DNA of 64,000 nt from Candidatus Comchoanobacterales bacterium (GCA_049889175.1 JBMHDW010000002.1:115172-179171); one strand, 5' to 3'. Shown: positions 19,515 to 28,577, numbered from the stretch's first letter. Translations and numbers: made by a program. The notes: a model not told the origin generated them from the sequence alone.

Positions 19515-20417
19515 ATGATTGAAGGATTAAAGTATATAAAGTCTGAGATAAAAAGGTGTTTTAAGATATTTCTTTTTGATAAGGCTACTAAAAATGGATC
19601 ATTATTTCTTAAGATAGATGATTGCATTTCAAGAAAACCTGCAGTTGGTTCACCTTGGGAAGAAGAGCTAACTTCATTAATCGAGAGTTATGCTCTTAAC
19701 GGCGCATCAGACTTTTTTATAGATGTTGGTGCTAATATTGGTCTGACTTCATGTCAAAACGGTAAAGCTTTTAAAAAAGTTATTTGCTTTGAGCCTAATA
19801 CACTGTGCGCTAATATACTAAAAACTAACTTAGCAATTACACTTAATAATGGTCAATATGAAGTGAATGAATTTGGTTTAGGATTGGAAGAAGGATCTTT
19901 TGATTTACATATTCCTAAAAATAATTGGGGTGGGGCTTTTATTAGGTCAGGTAGTAATGAGTATGGTGATGATTTTTTCATTAAGACCCATCAATGTTCA
20001 TTATCATCTAAAGAAAAATTTACGATTGTCAAGGTAAAATTGAAAAAAGCTTTAGATGTTTTTGAAGCATTATTTAATAACATGAAAGATCAAGGTTTTA
20101 GTAAAGGTGTTTGTAAAATTGATGTAGAGGGTTGTGAAAAGGTTGTTTTATTGGCATTGGCAAAGAAACTACCACCATCATTTGAATTAAATATTATTTT
20201 TGAAAATCATTCTGAAGCATTGGATCTTAAAGAGATAAAGGATGCTTTTGGAGGTAGGTTACATGCAAGTAAAGTGATTATGAGAGGAAAGAGAGCAAAA
20301 AAGTATTTTAATAAGAAAGTATCTTTATTGAATTTAATTAGAGTAAATGTATATGATTTTAATATTGATGAAGGTATAGTGCCTACCGGTGATATAGTAT
20401 TAGAGATTAAAAGTTAG
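19515..20417 (+). CDS. FkbM-family SAM-dependent methyltransferase
   Basis: FIDVGANIGLTS, VICFEPNTLCANILKTNL and CKIDVEGCEKVVL match the FkbM-family motif pattern. Confidence 0.75.
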   Translation: MIEGLKYIKSEIKRCFKIFLFDKATKNGSLFLKIDDCISRKPAVGSPWEEELTSLIESYALNGASDFFIDVGANIGLTSCQNGKAFKKVICFEPNTLCANILKTNLAITLNNGQYEVNEFGLGLEEGSFDLHIPKNNWGGAFIRSGSNEYGDDFFIKTHQCSLSSKEKFTIVKVKLKKALDVFEALFNNMKDQGFSKGVCKIDVEGCEKVVLLALAKKLPPSFELNIIFENHSEALDLKEIKDAFGGRLHASKVIMRGKRAKKYFNKKVSLLNLIRVNVYDFNIDEGIVPTGDIVLEIKS

Positions 20418-20648
20418 GAGGTATATATGATGGTAATGAACGAATACCGAAAAACTTTAATCATGCATAATTGAAAAACGTACACAATGATGGGATTACT
20501 CGTTGTTAATACTATCATTTGACTCGGAAGAATAGGGTGATTCTTGCTAAGAGATATTTTGCGATAAAACTTTTGTGGAACTATTCTAAGTATTAAGTTG
20601 CTTGAATGATTATTACGATTTTATTGACGCTTGCTATTTAATATTTGT

Positions 20649-21491
20649 TCAATTAAACCTGCGTCTCTTGGGGTTAGAGTGGTTTGAGCTATCTTCCGCA
20701 TGTCTTTTATTTGACGGGTTAGCTTCAGATTCTTGTGTTGGTGCTCGAGATAATTGGTCGGTATCTTGAGGTTCTGTGGTTGGGCTATTGTGTAATTGAT
20801 CTGATGATATGGGGTTAAATCTTAAGGTGGTTGATCCTATGCGTACTTCAGTAGGTCTAAGAAAAATAAATTCACCTTCAAGTATCCATAAGATAATTAA
20901 GAATAGGCCAATAGAATTTAAAGGGCTCCTGATTTGGGGCCGAGTAATGATCGGGGTATCATGATCTCTCATTGACGGTAGTCTATCTAATAATGATTGC
21001 TCATCCCAGCCAAGGGATTGAGGAGTAGGTGAGTTTGTTAGTTTTTCTATGGTACCTTCTATTCTCGATGTAATATATTCAATCATTATTTGTCTGGCCT
21101 CACCAACAGTGATAGATGCTTCACTTCTTTCTTCTAGGCCGTTAATGGCCATGGGGTTGTGAAAGTAGTGGCGAAAATGATCGTCATATTGTTCATAAGA
21201 TGCATCAGTTGCTGTTATACTGTTTTTGATTTGGATAATTTCTTCTCTAAGATCAGTTTCATTATTGTTAAAATCAAAATAAAACCTTATTACTGCTTCT
21301 ATGATTGTTCGATGGGCATTCTCGATAGTCATTGTTAAGTACCTTTTTGTGATTGAGATTGTTTGGTCATAAATTATCACAAGCGCATTATTTTGTGAAA
21401 CTTTAAATGAATCTCTATAATCTAAGTAATGTTGCTGTTGGTGATTATCGTGAGGTAGTTGCAAATCATCGTTCAATGGTTTATCATTCAA
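20649..21491 (-). CDS. Orphan protein (280 aa) with one hydrophobic segment and an NLS-like basic C-terminus
   Basis: ORF with no recognisable domain. TM-like IGLFLIILWILEGEFIFL. C-terminus ...NKRHAEDSSNHSNPKRRRFN. Confidence 0.55.
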   Translation of the reverse strand: MNDKPLNDDLQLPHDNHQQQHYLDYRDSFKVSQNNALVIIYDQTISITKRYLTMTIENAHRTIIEAVIRFYFDFNNNETDLREEIIQIKNSITATDASYEQYDDHFRHYFHNPMAINGLEERSEASITVGEARQIMIEYITSRIEGTIEKLTNSPTPQSLGWDEQSLLDRLPSMRDHDTPIITRPQIRSPLNSIGLFLIILWILEGEFIFLRPTEVRIGSTTLRFNPISSDQLHNSPTTEPQDTDQLSRAPTQESEANPSNKRHAEDSSNHSNPKRRRFN

Positions 21492-21497
21492 TGACTT

Positions 21498-21880
21498 GGG
21501 GGCGTACTTGGGTTCGACGTTGTTGATGAGTTCAAAGGTGCATGTCGAGTATGTCTTTTATCTCGTTAATCTAAAAGACAAAAAAACATAGTTGCCAAGA
21601 AAGACGTAAAAGTTGCCAACGGTAAACTAACACGTTTTGTAGCTAAAGCTGCATAATGTGCCATTCTGCTGATGTGTGCTTGTGCGCGCAGTTAGAATGG
21701 TCATTTGACACAAGCTAGCTTGACGTCTCGTCTAGCGGCTGATGGCGAAGTTCTTTATAGACTCGCAAGAAACTGGGCTGACTGCTGCCTGGTGACTTGT
21801 TAAATGCCTAAAGCAGATCTAAGCATGTAGATCCGATGAATAGTTAATGATGGACGCGGGTTCAAATCCCGCCGCCTCCA
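21498..21880 (+). ncRNA. ssrA: tmRNA (SsrA)
   Basis: 5' GGGGGCGTACTTGGGTTCGACG pairs with the 3' end. T-arm GGACGCGGGTTCAAATCCCGC, then acceptor strand CGCCTCC plus discriminator A, with G3:U70. Internal tag ORF begins after ...AAAAAACAUAGUU: GCC AAG AAA ... GCT GCA TAA (21594-21656). Confidence 0.92.
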
Positions 21881-21946
21881 ATAGTTGAGAAAGTTAGTGT
21901 TATATGTTATTGTTATTTATATTATAATCCTTTAAAGGGAGTTGCA

Positions 21947-22888
21947 ATGATAAAGCATAATAATTCACCTGAAGTTATACCCAATAATGTTGACCAAAAT
22001 GATGTTTTATACCATCAGAAAAAACTAAAGATTCAATCTTTTTTTAATCATAAAGAACAACAAAACAAAAAAAGTCATTTATCGCATCCGTGTTTAGAGA
22101 AATATCAAAGGCCAAATTGGTATCAAAGTAATGAAAATATAAGAGATTTGATCAAACTAGCAAATCAACTCCTAGTGGACTTTGAAGGTGAAAGAATTTA
22201 TGGTTTAGGGCAAAGCCCGGCTTGGATTATTAAAGCTTTAGAATTATTGATAGATAAAAGAGGAGGTTCGAAATCAATTGGTTATATACCTTTCTCTGGT
22301 CGGTTTATGGAGAAAGAAATTAAACGACCTTTTGATAATAATTTTTTTAAAACATTTTGCCATGTCAAAAAAGGCCCATGTTTTCCCAATAATCAAGCAA
22401 TAAATAATTATAGACATGTCCTCGACCAACTTGGCATGGATCCTATTAGCATTATTCAAGCATTTAAGGATAAGCATCAGAAGACAGTATTATTGGAATA
22501 TATTCAAAGTGCAGAGTCACTAGCGTCGTTTATGATTATTTTATACGAATGGGCAATAGAATTAGATAAGTTAGAGCAATTGAAAGAATGCTTCGTTGTT
22601 TGTGCTTTAGCTCAAGATTTTAATAAACTACAGCTTATTTATTTGCCTAAAGTATCATTATATATGAGAAGAATACAAGTCAAGGATACTTTAATCATTC
22701 CACTGGCTAATGGAAAAGATACGGGTCCACAATCAGATAGACTGGTTCCTAAATATTCAGCACAAGATTGGTGTAATCCTATGCATGAAATGATTAATCA
22801 TGATTTTATTAAAGGGTTGGTAGAGAAAGTAAAATGTGAAGTAGACCGCTTTGCTGTTGATGATATTGTTGCAAAAAAACAATCATGA
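21947..22888 (+). CDS. Orphan protein (313 aa); candidate effector
   Basis: ORF with RBS aaaggga immediately downstream of ssrA. No recognisable domain. Confidence 0.55.
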   Translation: MIKHNNSPEVIPNNVDQNDVLYHQKKLKIQSFFNHKEQQNKKSHLSHPCLEKYQRPNWYQSNENIRDLIKLANQLLVDFEGERIYGLGQSPAWIIKALELLIDKRGGSKSIGYIPFSGRFMEKEIKRPFDNNFFKTFCHVKKGPCFPNNQAINNYRHVLDQLGMDPISIIQAFKDKHQKTVLLEYIQSAESLASFMIILYEWAIELDKLEQLKECFVVCALAQDFNKLQLIYLPKVSLYMRRIQVKDTLIIPLANGKDTGPQSDRLVPKYSAQDWCNPMHEMINHDFIKGLVEKVKCEVDRFAVDDIVAKKQS

Positions 22889-24118
22889 CCACAGAGCCCA
22901 AAATTGCTGTTGGTATTGAGCTTGGATGACAAATAGATTAAGCCCAAAAGAGCCAGAGGTATGATAATTAACATCATAAATGACGCCAGATAGATGATCC
23001 AATGAAACACTTCTTGGTAGGGTATTAATAATACAATCAAAGTTATTTAATGAGTTTGAATGTGGTATGCCCATAAGCAATTGTTTTTGAGTGATACCAT
23101 CTTCTCGATGATAGTTAAAAAAACAAGTATGGTTGTGTTTTAATTGATGAGCTAAGAGTTGAGCCATAGAGCCAGCACCTAAAATAAGAATGCGTTGGCG
23201 AGGCCAGTCTTGAGTCAACTCATTGAGTGCAGATTGATCAGTATTGGTCCCAAGCCATTGTTGACCATCAAAGGCTAATGTATTGATAGGTCCTTGATGA
23301 TTACACCATGACGCCACTGTTTGTTTATGAGGTGATGTAATACTTAATTGATGGATTCCCAATATTTCCAATAATGGTTTGAGTTGAGCTACATATTCTG
23401 ACGATACCTCAAGTGTAATGTAAATAGCATCTTGTTGTGTTAAGCGATGATGCAAGCCATGCCAAAATGGGCCCAAACTATGATGAGCAGGATTGCCAAG
23501 TAATGCTCTTATTCTAGTATTTGTTGATATTGGGTTAAGATATCGATCTTGCAGTAATAATTGTGATGAATGTAGGCTCTGATGCCAGCCTAAATAGTCA
23601 AATGCCCCCCATTTGGGTCCTAGGATGCGTAAACTACGACCATGACAACCTGTGCCTAGAATAGTGACTTGTGAATGTTGTTTGATATAAAGCATCATGT
23701 TAAGTGCTTGATATGCACTTTGTATGGGCAATACTATTTTAACATGATCCGCCAACGGTTGTAATTGTTTCACCCAGTCGTCAATATTGTTAATGGATTC
23801 TGTGGTATGTAAGGAGCGAATGACTTTTAAGTTGGGATATTGCTGTTTGATCATTTGAACCCATGCCAGCGGAACATCATGTTCACAGTCTATCCAATCA
23901 GGCTGTATTTTTTGAATTAAATCAACAAAATATTTCAAACGCGATGGTGAAGAGGGTTCATGATGACGATATGTCAATATCGACTGACAATGTTGAAGTT
24001 GGTGCCATTGTTGAATATCATCCAGTGACTTATTGATTAAATCCATACGAAGTTCATAAGCATTAATGTCTTTAGGAAGAGGTATTTGCGGTAAATGATC
24101 AAGACAAAGAATACGCAT
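22883..24118 (-). CDS. aroDE: Bifunctional 3-dehydroquinate dehydratase (type I) / shikimate 5-dehydrogenase fusion
   Basis: The N-terminal half is AroD-like (YELRMDL, VKIVLP..., ILGTGCHGRSLRILGPKWGA). The C-terminal half is AroE-like (LLGNPAHHSLGP, SITSPHKQ, GPINTL...GTNTD, ILILGAGSMA). Confidence 0.82.
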   Translation of the reverse strand: MRILCLDHLPQIPLPKDINAYELRMDLINKSLDDIQQWHQLQHCQSILTYRHHEPSSPSRLKYFVDLIQKIQPDWIDCEHDVPLAWVQMIKQQYPNLKVIRSLHTTESINNIDDWVKQLQPLADHVKIVLPIQSAYQALNMMLYIKQHSQVTILGTGCHGRSLRILGPKWGAFDYLGWHQSLHSSQLLLQDRYLNPISTNTRIRALLGNPAHHSLGPFWHGLHHRLTQQDAIYITLEVSSEYVAQLKPLLEILGIHQLSITSPHKQTVASWCNHQGPINTLAFDGQQWLGTNTDQSALNELTQDWPRQRILILGAGSMAQLLAHQLKHNHTCFFNYHREDGITQKQLLMGIPHSNSLNNFDCIINTLPRSVSLDHLSGVIYDVNYHTSGSFGLNLFVIQAQYQQQFWALWS

Positions 24119-25151
24119 GATTTTTGATCCAATGATGAATAAAGTGTTTGCTTTGTGAGATACTTAATGAGTGAAGAAATGGTTGGCCAAAATCATGAAG
24201 TAATACCCAGGTTAAAGTTGAGCTTTGTCTCTTTTTATCATTCATACATGCGTTAATTAATAAATCTGAGCACATATTTGAAGGTGGTTTAATATTTAAA
24301 CGTTGCCATGCTTGTGTGATGGCATGCACATGTTCTTGTGGGAAGTTAAATAGTTCAGCAGAAACATGTGCGATAAAATGAAGTCCTAGTGCTACACCAA
24401 CACCGTGGGGGACGTGATAGATACTTTCAATGGCATGACCTAATGTATGACCTAAATTAAGCATTTGTCGCCGGTTATGATCATAAGGATCTGCTCTTAC
24501 AAATGATTGCTTAATTTCGAGCTGCTGTTTTATATTATCAGCGTTATGATAGTTTAAGAATGTCTCAATGGGGTCATGGTTATTCAATAAATGCAAGCTG
24601 TATTTTTCATCAGTGAGGAAAAAATGTTTATAGCACTCAATGATGCCATTACGTTTTTCAACCCAAGGAAGTGTTTGAAGAGTTTCCATCACGATTAGGG
24701 TATATTTGGGATTTGAGAAAACACCGAGTGCATTTTTAACGTCACATGCATTAATAGCTGTTTTACCACCCAATGATGCATCAACCATGGCCAAAAGCGA
24801 TGTTGGGCAGTATAGACAATCAATACCTCTTAAATACGTTGCGGCGGTAAAGCCAACAAGATCTAAAATCATGCCACCACCACAAGCGATGATTAAGTCA
24901 TGACGGCATAAGCCCAGTCGTAGCCATTGATCTTCAAGCCATGCTTTGGTGTGTCTAGATTTGCTGGTTTCACCGGCAGGGATAACAATGGTAGCTTCAG
25001 TCGTTAAGATACTCAGTTTGATGGCAATATGTTGTGTATGATGATCACATATAATAATGCTTCGAGGGTATTGTTGAATGAGATATGGCTGAGCTAAATC
25101 ATTAAAAGATCCGATGATATGTACAGTTGAGGGCAGTGAATTATCCAGCAT
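24099..25151 (-). CDS. aroB: 3-dehydroquinate synthase
   Basis: GGGMILDLVGFTAATYLRGI, GGKTAIN and LNLGHTLGHAIE motifs. Overlaps the aroDE start. Confidence 0.9.
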   Translation of the reverse strand: MLDNSLPSTVHIIGSFNDLAQPYLIQQYPRSIIICDHHTQHIAIKLSILTTEATIVIPAGETSKSRHTKAWLEDQWLRLGLCRHDLIIACGGGMILDLVGFTAATYLRGIDCLYCPTSLLAMVDASLGGKTAINACDVKNALGVFSNPKYTLIVMETLQTLPWVEKRNGIIECYKHFFLTDEKYSLHLLNNHDPIETFLNYHNADNIKQQLEIKQSFVRADPYDHNRRQMLNLGHTLGHAIESIYHVPHGVGVALGLHFIAHVSAELFNFPQEHVHAITQAWQRLNIKPPSNMCSDLLINACMNDKKRQSSTLTWVLLHDFGQPFLHSLSISQSKHFIHHWIKNHAYSLS

Positions 25152-25264
25152 ATATTGATGATGGCTATTTTTATGTCAATTTGCAAATGTGTTTCAAAAA
25201 ACAATGCTATTTGTGATATCTAAATCAAATTAATAAAAATAAATCGTGTTTTTTTTCATATATG

Positions 25265-25270
25265 TACTAT
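25265..25270 (+). promoter_or_regulatory. Putative -10 element (TACTAT within TGTACTATA) upstream of A1
   Basis: The block aaatcgtgttttttt...tgtactata recurs upstream of both family-C genes (31176, 32231), at the same roughly 30-nt distance from the ATG. Confidence 0.3.
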
Positions 25271-25300
25271 ACGTTTCATAATTAACTTTGAGGAAATAAA

Positions 25301-26119
25301 ATGGGTAAACAAATGATCATTAGATTAAGTGCGTTAATCGTAGTTATATTAATAGGTGCCGCAGGGTGGTTTTTTCTTCTAGCTGGACCTTATCAAACGG
25401 ATAATATGAAGAAAGTTGATAAGCAGTTCGATGTAGTGCATGATATTTATTATCAACTAGGTGATGGAGACTCTAAGGATCAATTCGGTTCTGTTAATAA
25501 CGGTATTCTGAGTCTTAAGCACATGTACAATCTTCAGTTTGATTGGGATGAGATCAAGCCTTTTGAGCAGAAGTTTAAAGAACGAGATGAACATATTCGT
25601 TCAATTAAAGCAAAGCAAAAAGAGCTTAAAGCCGATGGTGTAAGTGATGATAAGAAAACTCAGTTAAATAATGATATTGCAGATCTAACAAAGAAGGTAG
25701 ATCAAGTATCAAATGATTATCAAACTGCCATAGTAGGTATTGAGAGTATTGACTTGGATGATATTGACAAAGACACTTTGGGTTTGGGTTATTGTGTTTT
25801 AATATCATCATATGCGCCAATAATTTCAGTTAATCTAATAGATACTGATCAAAACGATCTTATTCAGGGTCAAAAATCTAATGCTTCCGATATACGATTG
25901 AAGGATTTAAAATATATTTAAGATGATAAAACAATAGGCGTTGACAAGATGACTGGTAAGCAATATATATCTTTATTAGATGACTGTTATACAGGTATTC
26001 AAAATTGGTATGAACTTTTTACTAAGAATAAAGGTGTGGATCCTAAAGGTGACACTTTTGATTTGAATCTATCGGATGATCAAATTCAATCATTAAAAGA
26101 TGCCATCAAAGATGAGTGA
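25301..26119 (+). pseudogene. Family-A array gene A1, interrupted by one in-frame TAA at 25919-25921
   Basis: N-terminal TM anchor (LSALIVVILIGAAGWFFLLAG) and family-A blocks (VNNGILSLKHMYNLQF..IKPFEQKFKERDEHIRSIKAKQKELK...). After the TAA the same frame continues into ...GVDKMTGKQYISLLDDC...DLNLSDDQIQSLKDAIKDE. Confidence 0.75.
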
Positions 26120-26198
26120 TGATCATGAATAAAGATATGCCCGAATACATTCGGGCATATTTTTATCACACACATTCGTTTTTATGGTCTATAAGAAA
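26117..26198 (+). promoter_or_regulatory. 82-nt intergenic cassette copy 1: intrinsic terminator hairpin (26137-26158 plus T-tract) followed by CACACA-N17-TATAAG putative promoter
   Basis: Perfect palindrome ATGCCCGAAT-AC-ATTCGGGCAT followed by ATTTTTAT, then CACACA (26167) N17 TATAAG (26190-26195). The A2 ATG lies 30 nt downstream. Near-identical copies occur at 26976 and 27782. Confidence 0.6.
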
Positions 26199-26225
26199 GA
26201 GATATTTTAATTAAGGGGTATTGAT

Positions 26226-26978
26226 ATGGATATGGGGTTTTTTGCAGTAATAATGAGTGTTTTGGGGGAGTTATATTTAACCGATGCCATGAAGGAAAAG
26301 AAAAGACAGCTTGACGTGGTAAATAATATTTATTATGAGGTTGATGAGAAGTACCAAGTAGCATTTGGAACAGTAAATAATGGTATTACGAGTCTTAAGC
26401 ACGCTTACGACCTCCAGTTCAACCTAGATGATATCAAACCTTTTGAAAAGAAGTTTAAAGAAAGAGATGAGCATCTTCGTTCAATTAAAGCAAAACAAAA
26501 AGAGCTCAAAGCCGAAGGCGTTAGTGATGACAAGAAAAGTCAGTTGAATGCTGATATTGCAGACCTTACAAAAAAGGTGAATAAAATATCGAAAGACTAT
26601 GAGACTGCAATACAAGGCATTGAAACAATTGCCCTAAGCGATGATGATAAAGGTCGTGATGGTATAGGTTATTGTATTGAGGTCATTGCTGCAAGCAGTA
26701 TGATGGGTGCTCCTGATGACTCCGGTACACTAGACGCTATGAGTGTTCTTGGTTTGACAGGTGATCTTAAATATGATGACGATAAAGGCAAGATTGGTGT
26801 TTGTACGATAACAGGTAAGCAATATGTATCATTATTTGATAGTTGTTTTTCCGCGATTGACATTGTATATGCTGGTTTAATCAAGGGTAAAGGCTTCTCT
26901 GCTGATTCAGAGGTAATTGATTTAAATCTATCGGATGATCAAATTCAATCATTAAAAGATTCCATCAAAGATGAGTGA
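26226..26978 (+). CDS. Family-A array gene A2 (250 aa)
   Basis: RBS aagggg. Contains all family-A blocks and the tail DLNLSDDQIQSLKDSIKDE. Near-identical to A3 at nucleotide level apart from a linker indel. Confidence 0.75.
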   Translation: MDMGFFAVIMSVLGELYLTDAMKEKKRQLDVVNNIYYEVDEKYQVAFGTVNNGITSLKHAYDLQFNLDDIKPFEKKFKERDEHLRSIKAKQKELKAEGVSDDKKSQLNADIADLTKKVNKISKDYETAIQGIETIALSDDDKGRDGIGYCIEVIAASSMMGAPDDSGTLDAMSVLGLTGDLKYDDDKGKIGVCTITGKQYVSLFDSCFSAIDIVYAGLIKGKGFSADSEVIDLNLSDDQIQSLKDSIKDE

Positions 26979-27057
26979 TGATCATGAATAAAGATATGCC
27001 CGAATACATTCGGGCATATTTTTATCACACACATTCGTTTTTATGGTCTATAAGAAA
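26976..27057 (+). promoter_or_regulatory. 82-nt terminator-plus-promoter cassette copy 2
   Basis: Hairpin at 26996-27017, CACACA at 27026, TATAAG at 27049-27054. The A3 ATG lies 28 nt downstream. Confidence 0.6.
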
Positions 27058-27082
27058 TTATAATATAAATTAAGGAGAAAAA

Positions 27083-27784
27083 ATGGAGATAGTTATAAAT
27101 ATATTAGCATTATTTACTGTTTATCAAACGGATCAAATGAAAGAAAAGGAAAGACAGCTTGACGTGGTATATGATATTTACAATGCGGTTGATGAGAAGT
27201 ACCAAACATCATTTGAAACAGTAAATAATGGTATTTTGAGTCTTAAGCACGCTTACGACCTCCAGTTCAACCTAGATGATATCAAACCTTTTGAAAAGAA
27301 GTTTAAAGAAAGAGACGAGCATCTTCGTTCAATTAAAGCAAAACAAAAAGAGCTAAAAGCCGAAGGCGTTAGTGATGATAAGAAAACTCAGTTAAATAAT
27401 GATATTGCAGATCTAACAAAAAAGGTGAATAAAATATCGAAAGACTATGAGACAGCAATACAAGGCATTGAAAGCATAGCCCTAAGCGATGATGATAAAG
27501 GTAGTGATGGTATAGGTTATTGTATTGAGGTCATTGCTGCAAGCAGTATGATGGGTGCTCCTGATGAATTCAGTACAGTAAGTGACGCTATGAGTGTTCT
27601 TGGTGTTGATACGATAACAGGTAAGCAATATGTATCATTATTTGATAGTTGTTTTTCCGCGATTGACACTCTATATGCTGGTTTAATCAAGAATAAAGGC
27701 TTCTCTGCTGATCAAGAGGTAATTGATTTAAATCTATCGGATGATCAAATTCAATCATTAAAAGATGCCATCAAAGATGAGTGA
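27083..27784 (+). CDS. Family-A array gene A3 (233 aa)
   Basis: RBS aaggag. Family-A blocks and tail DLNLSDDQIQSLKDAIKDE. Confidence 0.78.
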   Translation: MEIVINILALFTVYQTDQMKEKERQLDVVYDIYNAVDEKYQTSFETVNNGILSLKHAYDLQFNLDDIKPFEKKFKERDEHLRSIKAKQKELKAEGVSDDKKTQLNNDIADLTKKVNKISKDYETAIQGIESIALSDDDKGSDGIGYCIEVIAASSMMGAPDEFSTVSDAMSVLGVDTITGKQYVSLFDSCFSAIDTLYAGLIKNKGFSADQEVIDLNLSDDQIQSLKDAIKDE

Positions 27785-27863
27785 TGATCATGAATAAAGA
27801 TATGCCCGAATACATTCGGGCATATTTTTATCACACACATTCGTTTTTATGGTCTATAAGAAA
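27782..27863 (+). promoter_or_regulatory. 82-nt terminator-plus-promoter cassette copy 3 (precedes B1)
   Basis: Hairpin at 27802-27823 and TATAAG at 27855-27860. The B1 ATG lies 25 nt downstream. Confidence 0.6.
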
Positions 27864-27885
27864 GAAATATACTAATAAGGATTGT

Positions 27886-28488
27886 ATGATTAAACACATA
27901 TTAATGTTATTTTTCAGTGCTGTAACAATGCAGGCTGGATTTGCAGAACAAGAAGGTGAATGTACTAAAGTTTTATCAACAGATCTAGATAGTCGTATCA
28001 TTTATTGGGAAGATACGTTGGGTGAAGATCATGATACCAACGTTGATTCTTTCAAAGATATACATCATGGTCTCAAAAGTTTTAAATTCTTGATCAGTCT
28101 TGAAGATCCATTATGTATCAATAAAAAAGACTCAAAGGGTATGATTGGTTTAGATTATAATGATAGATATCAAGTAGCAGGGTGTATGAATATTATCAAA
28201 AAAGCCTATGATATTGCTGTAAACAACAATCTTGAATATTTACAAAGTTTGAGAAGGCATCATGACGAAATTAGGGTGATGATCAATTACGATGAAAATA
28301 CTAGACAAATGAAGGCTAGCTCAATACCTGTTGATGAAATGAGACGGTTAAAAGATTTTTGTGAGATTTCTATACAGCTACATTACTGTCAGCTGTTAAA
28401 ATCAAAAGACCAAAGTGATGACCAAAAAAAAGAAATGAAGAAAACATATCCCAACATTGAGTTTATTTGTAAGGATTATCAAAGTTAA
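27886..28488 (+). CDS. Family-B array gene B1: secreted six-Cys protein (about 200 aa)
   Basis: The start was reset to MIKHILMLFFSAVTMQAGFA (Sec-type signal peptide, RBS aagga). The six Cys are conserved with B2 (AGCMNIIKKAYDIA, FCEISIQLHYCQLL, FICKDY). Confidence 0.7.
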   Translation: MIKHILMLFFSAVTMQAGFAEQEGECTKVLSTDLDSRIIYWEDTLGEDHDTNVDSFKDIHHGLKSFKFLISLEDPLCINKKDSKGMIGLDYNDRYQVAGCMNIIKKAYDIAVNNNLEYLQSLRRHHDEIRVMINYDENTRQMKASSIPVDEMRRLKDFCEISIQLHYCQLLKSKDQSDDQKKEMKKTYPNIEFICKDYQS

Positions 28489-28577
28489 TCCAGAAGAGTG
28501 CAAGCATCCTCTTGGTTGTATTTAACTATATTAATGAGTAATAGTAATCCTAAATATATAATAAATAAAAATAAAAA

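Noticed and set aside
26111-26119. The C-terminal ...KDE ending of family A as a KDEL-like ER-retention signal.
   Set aside because: The terminal Leu is missing, and A5 and family C end differently (AVK, SVK). The shared amphipathic motif is reported instead, without claiming ER retrieval.
27781-27885. The N-terminal 35 codons of track ORF 27781-28488 (MMIMNKDMPEYIRAYFYHTHSFLWSIRKKYTNKDC).
   Set aside because: This stretch is the translated 82-nt terminator/promoter cassette. The same DNA is non-coding after A1 and A2. A proper signal peptide with an RBS starts at 27886.
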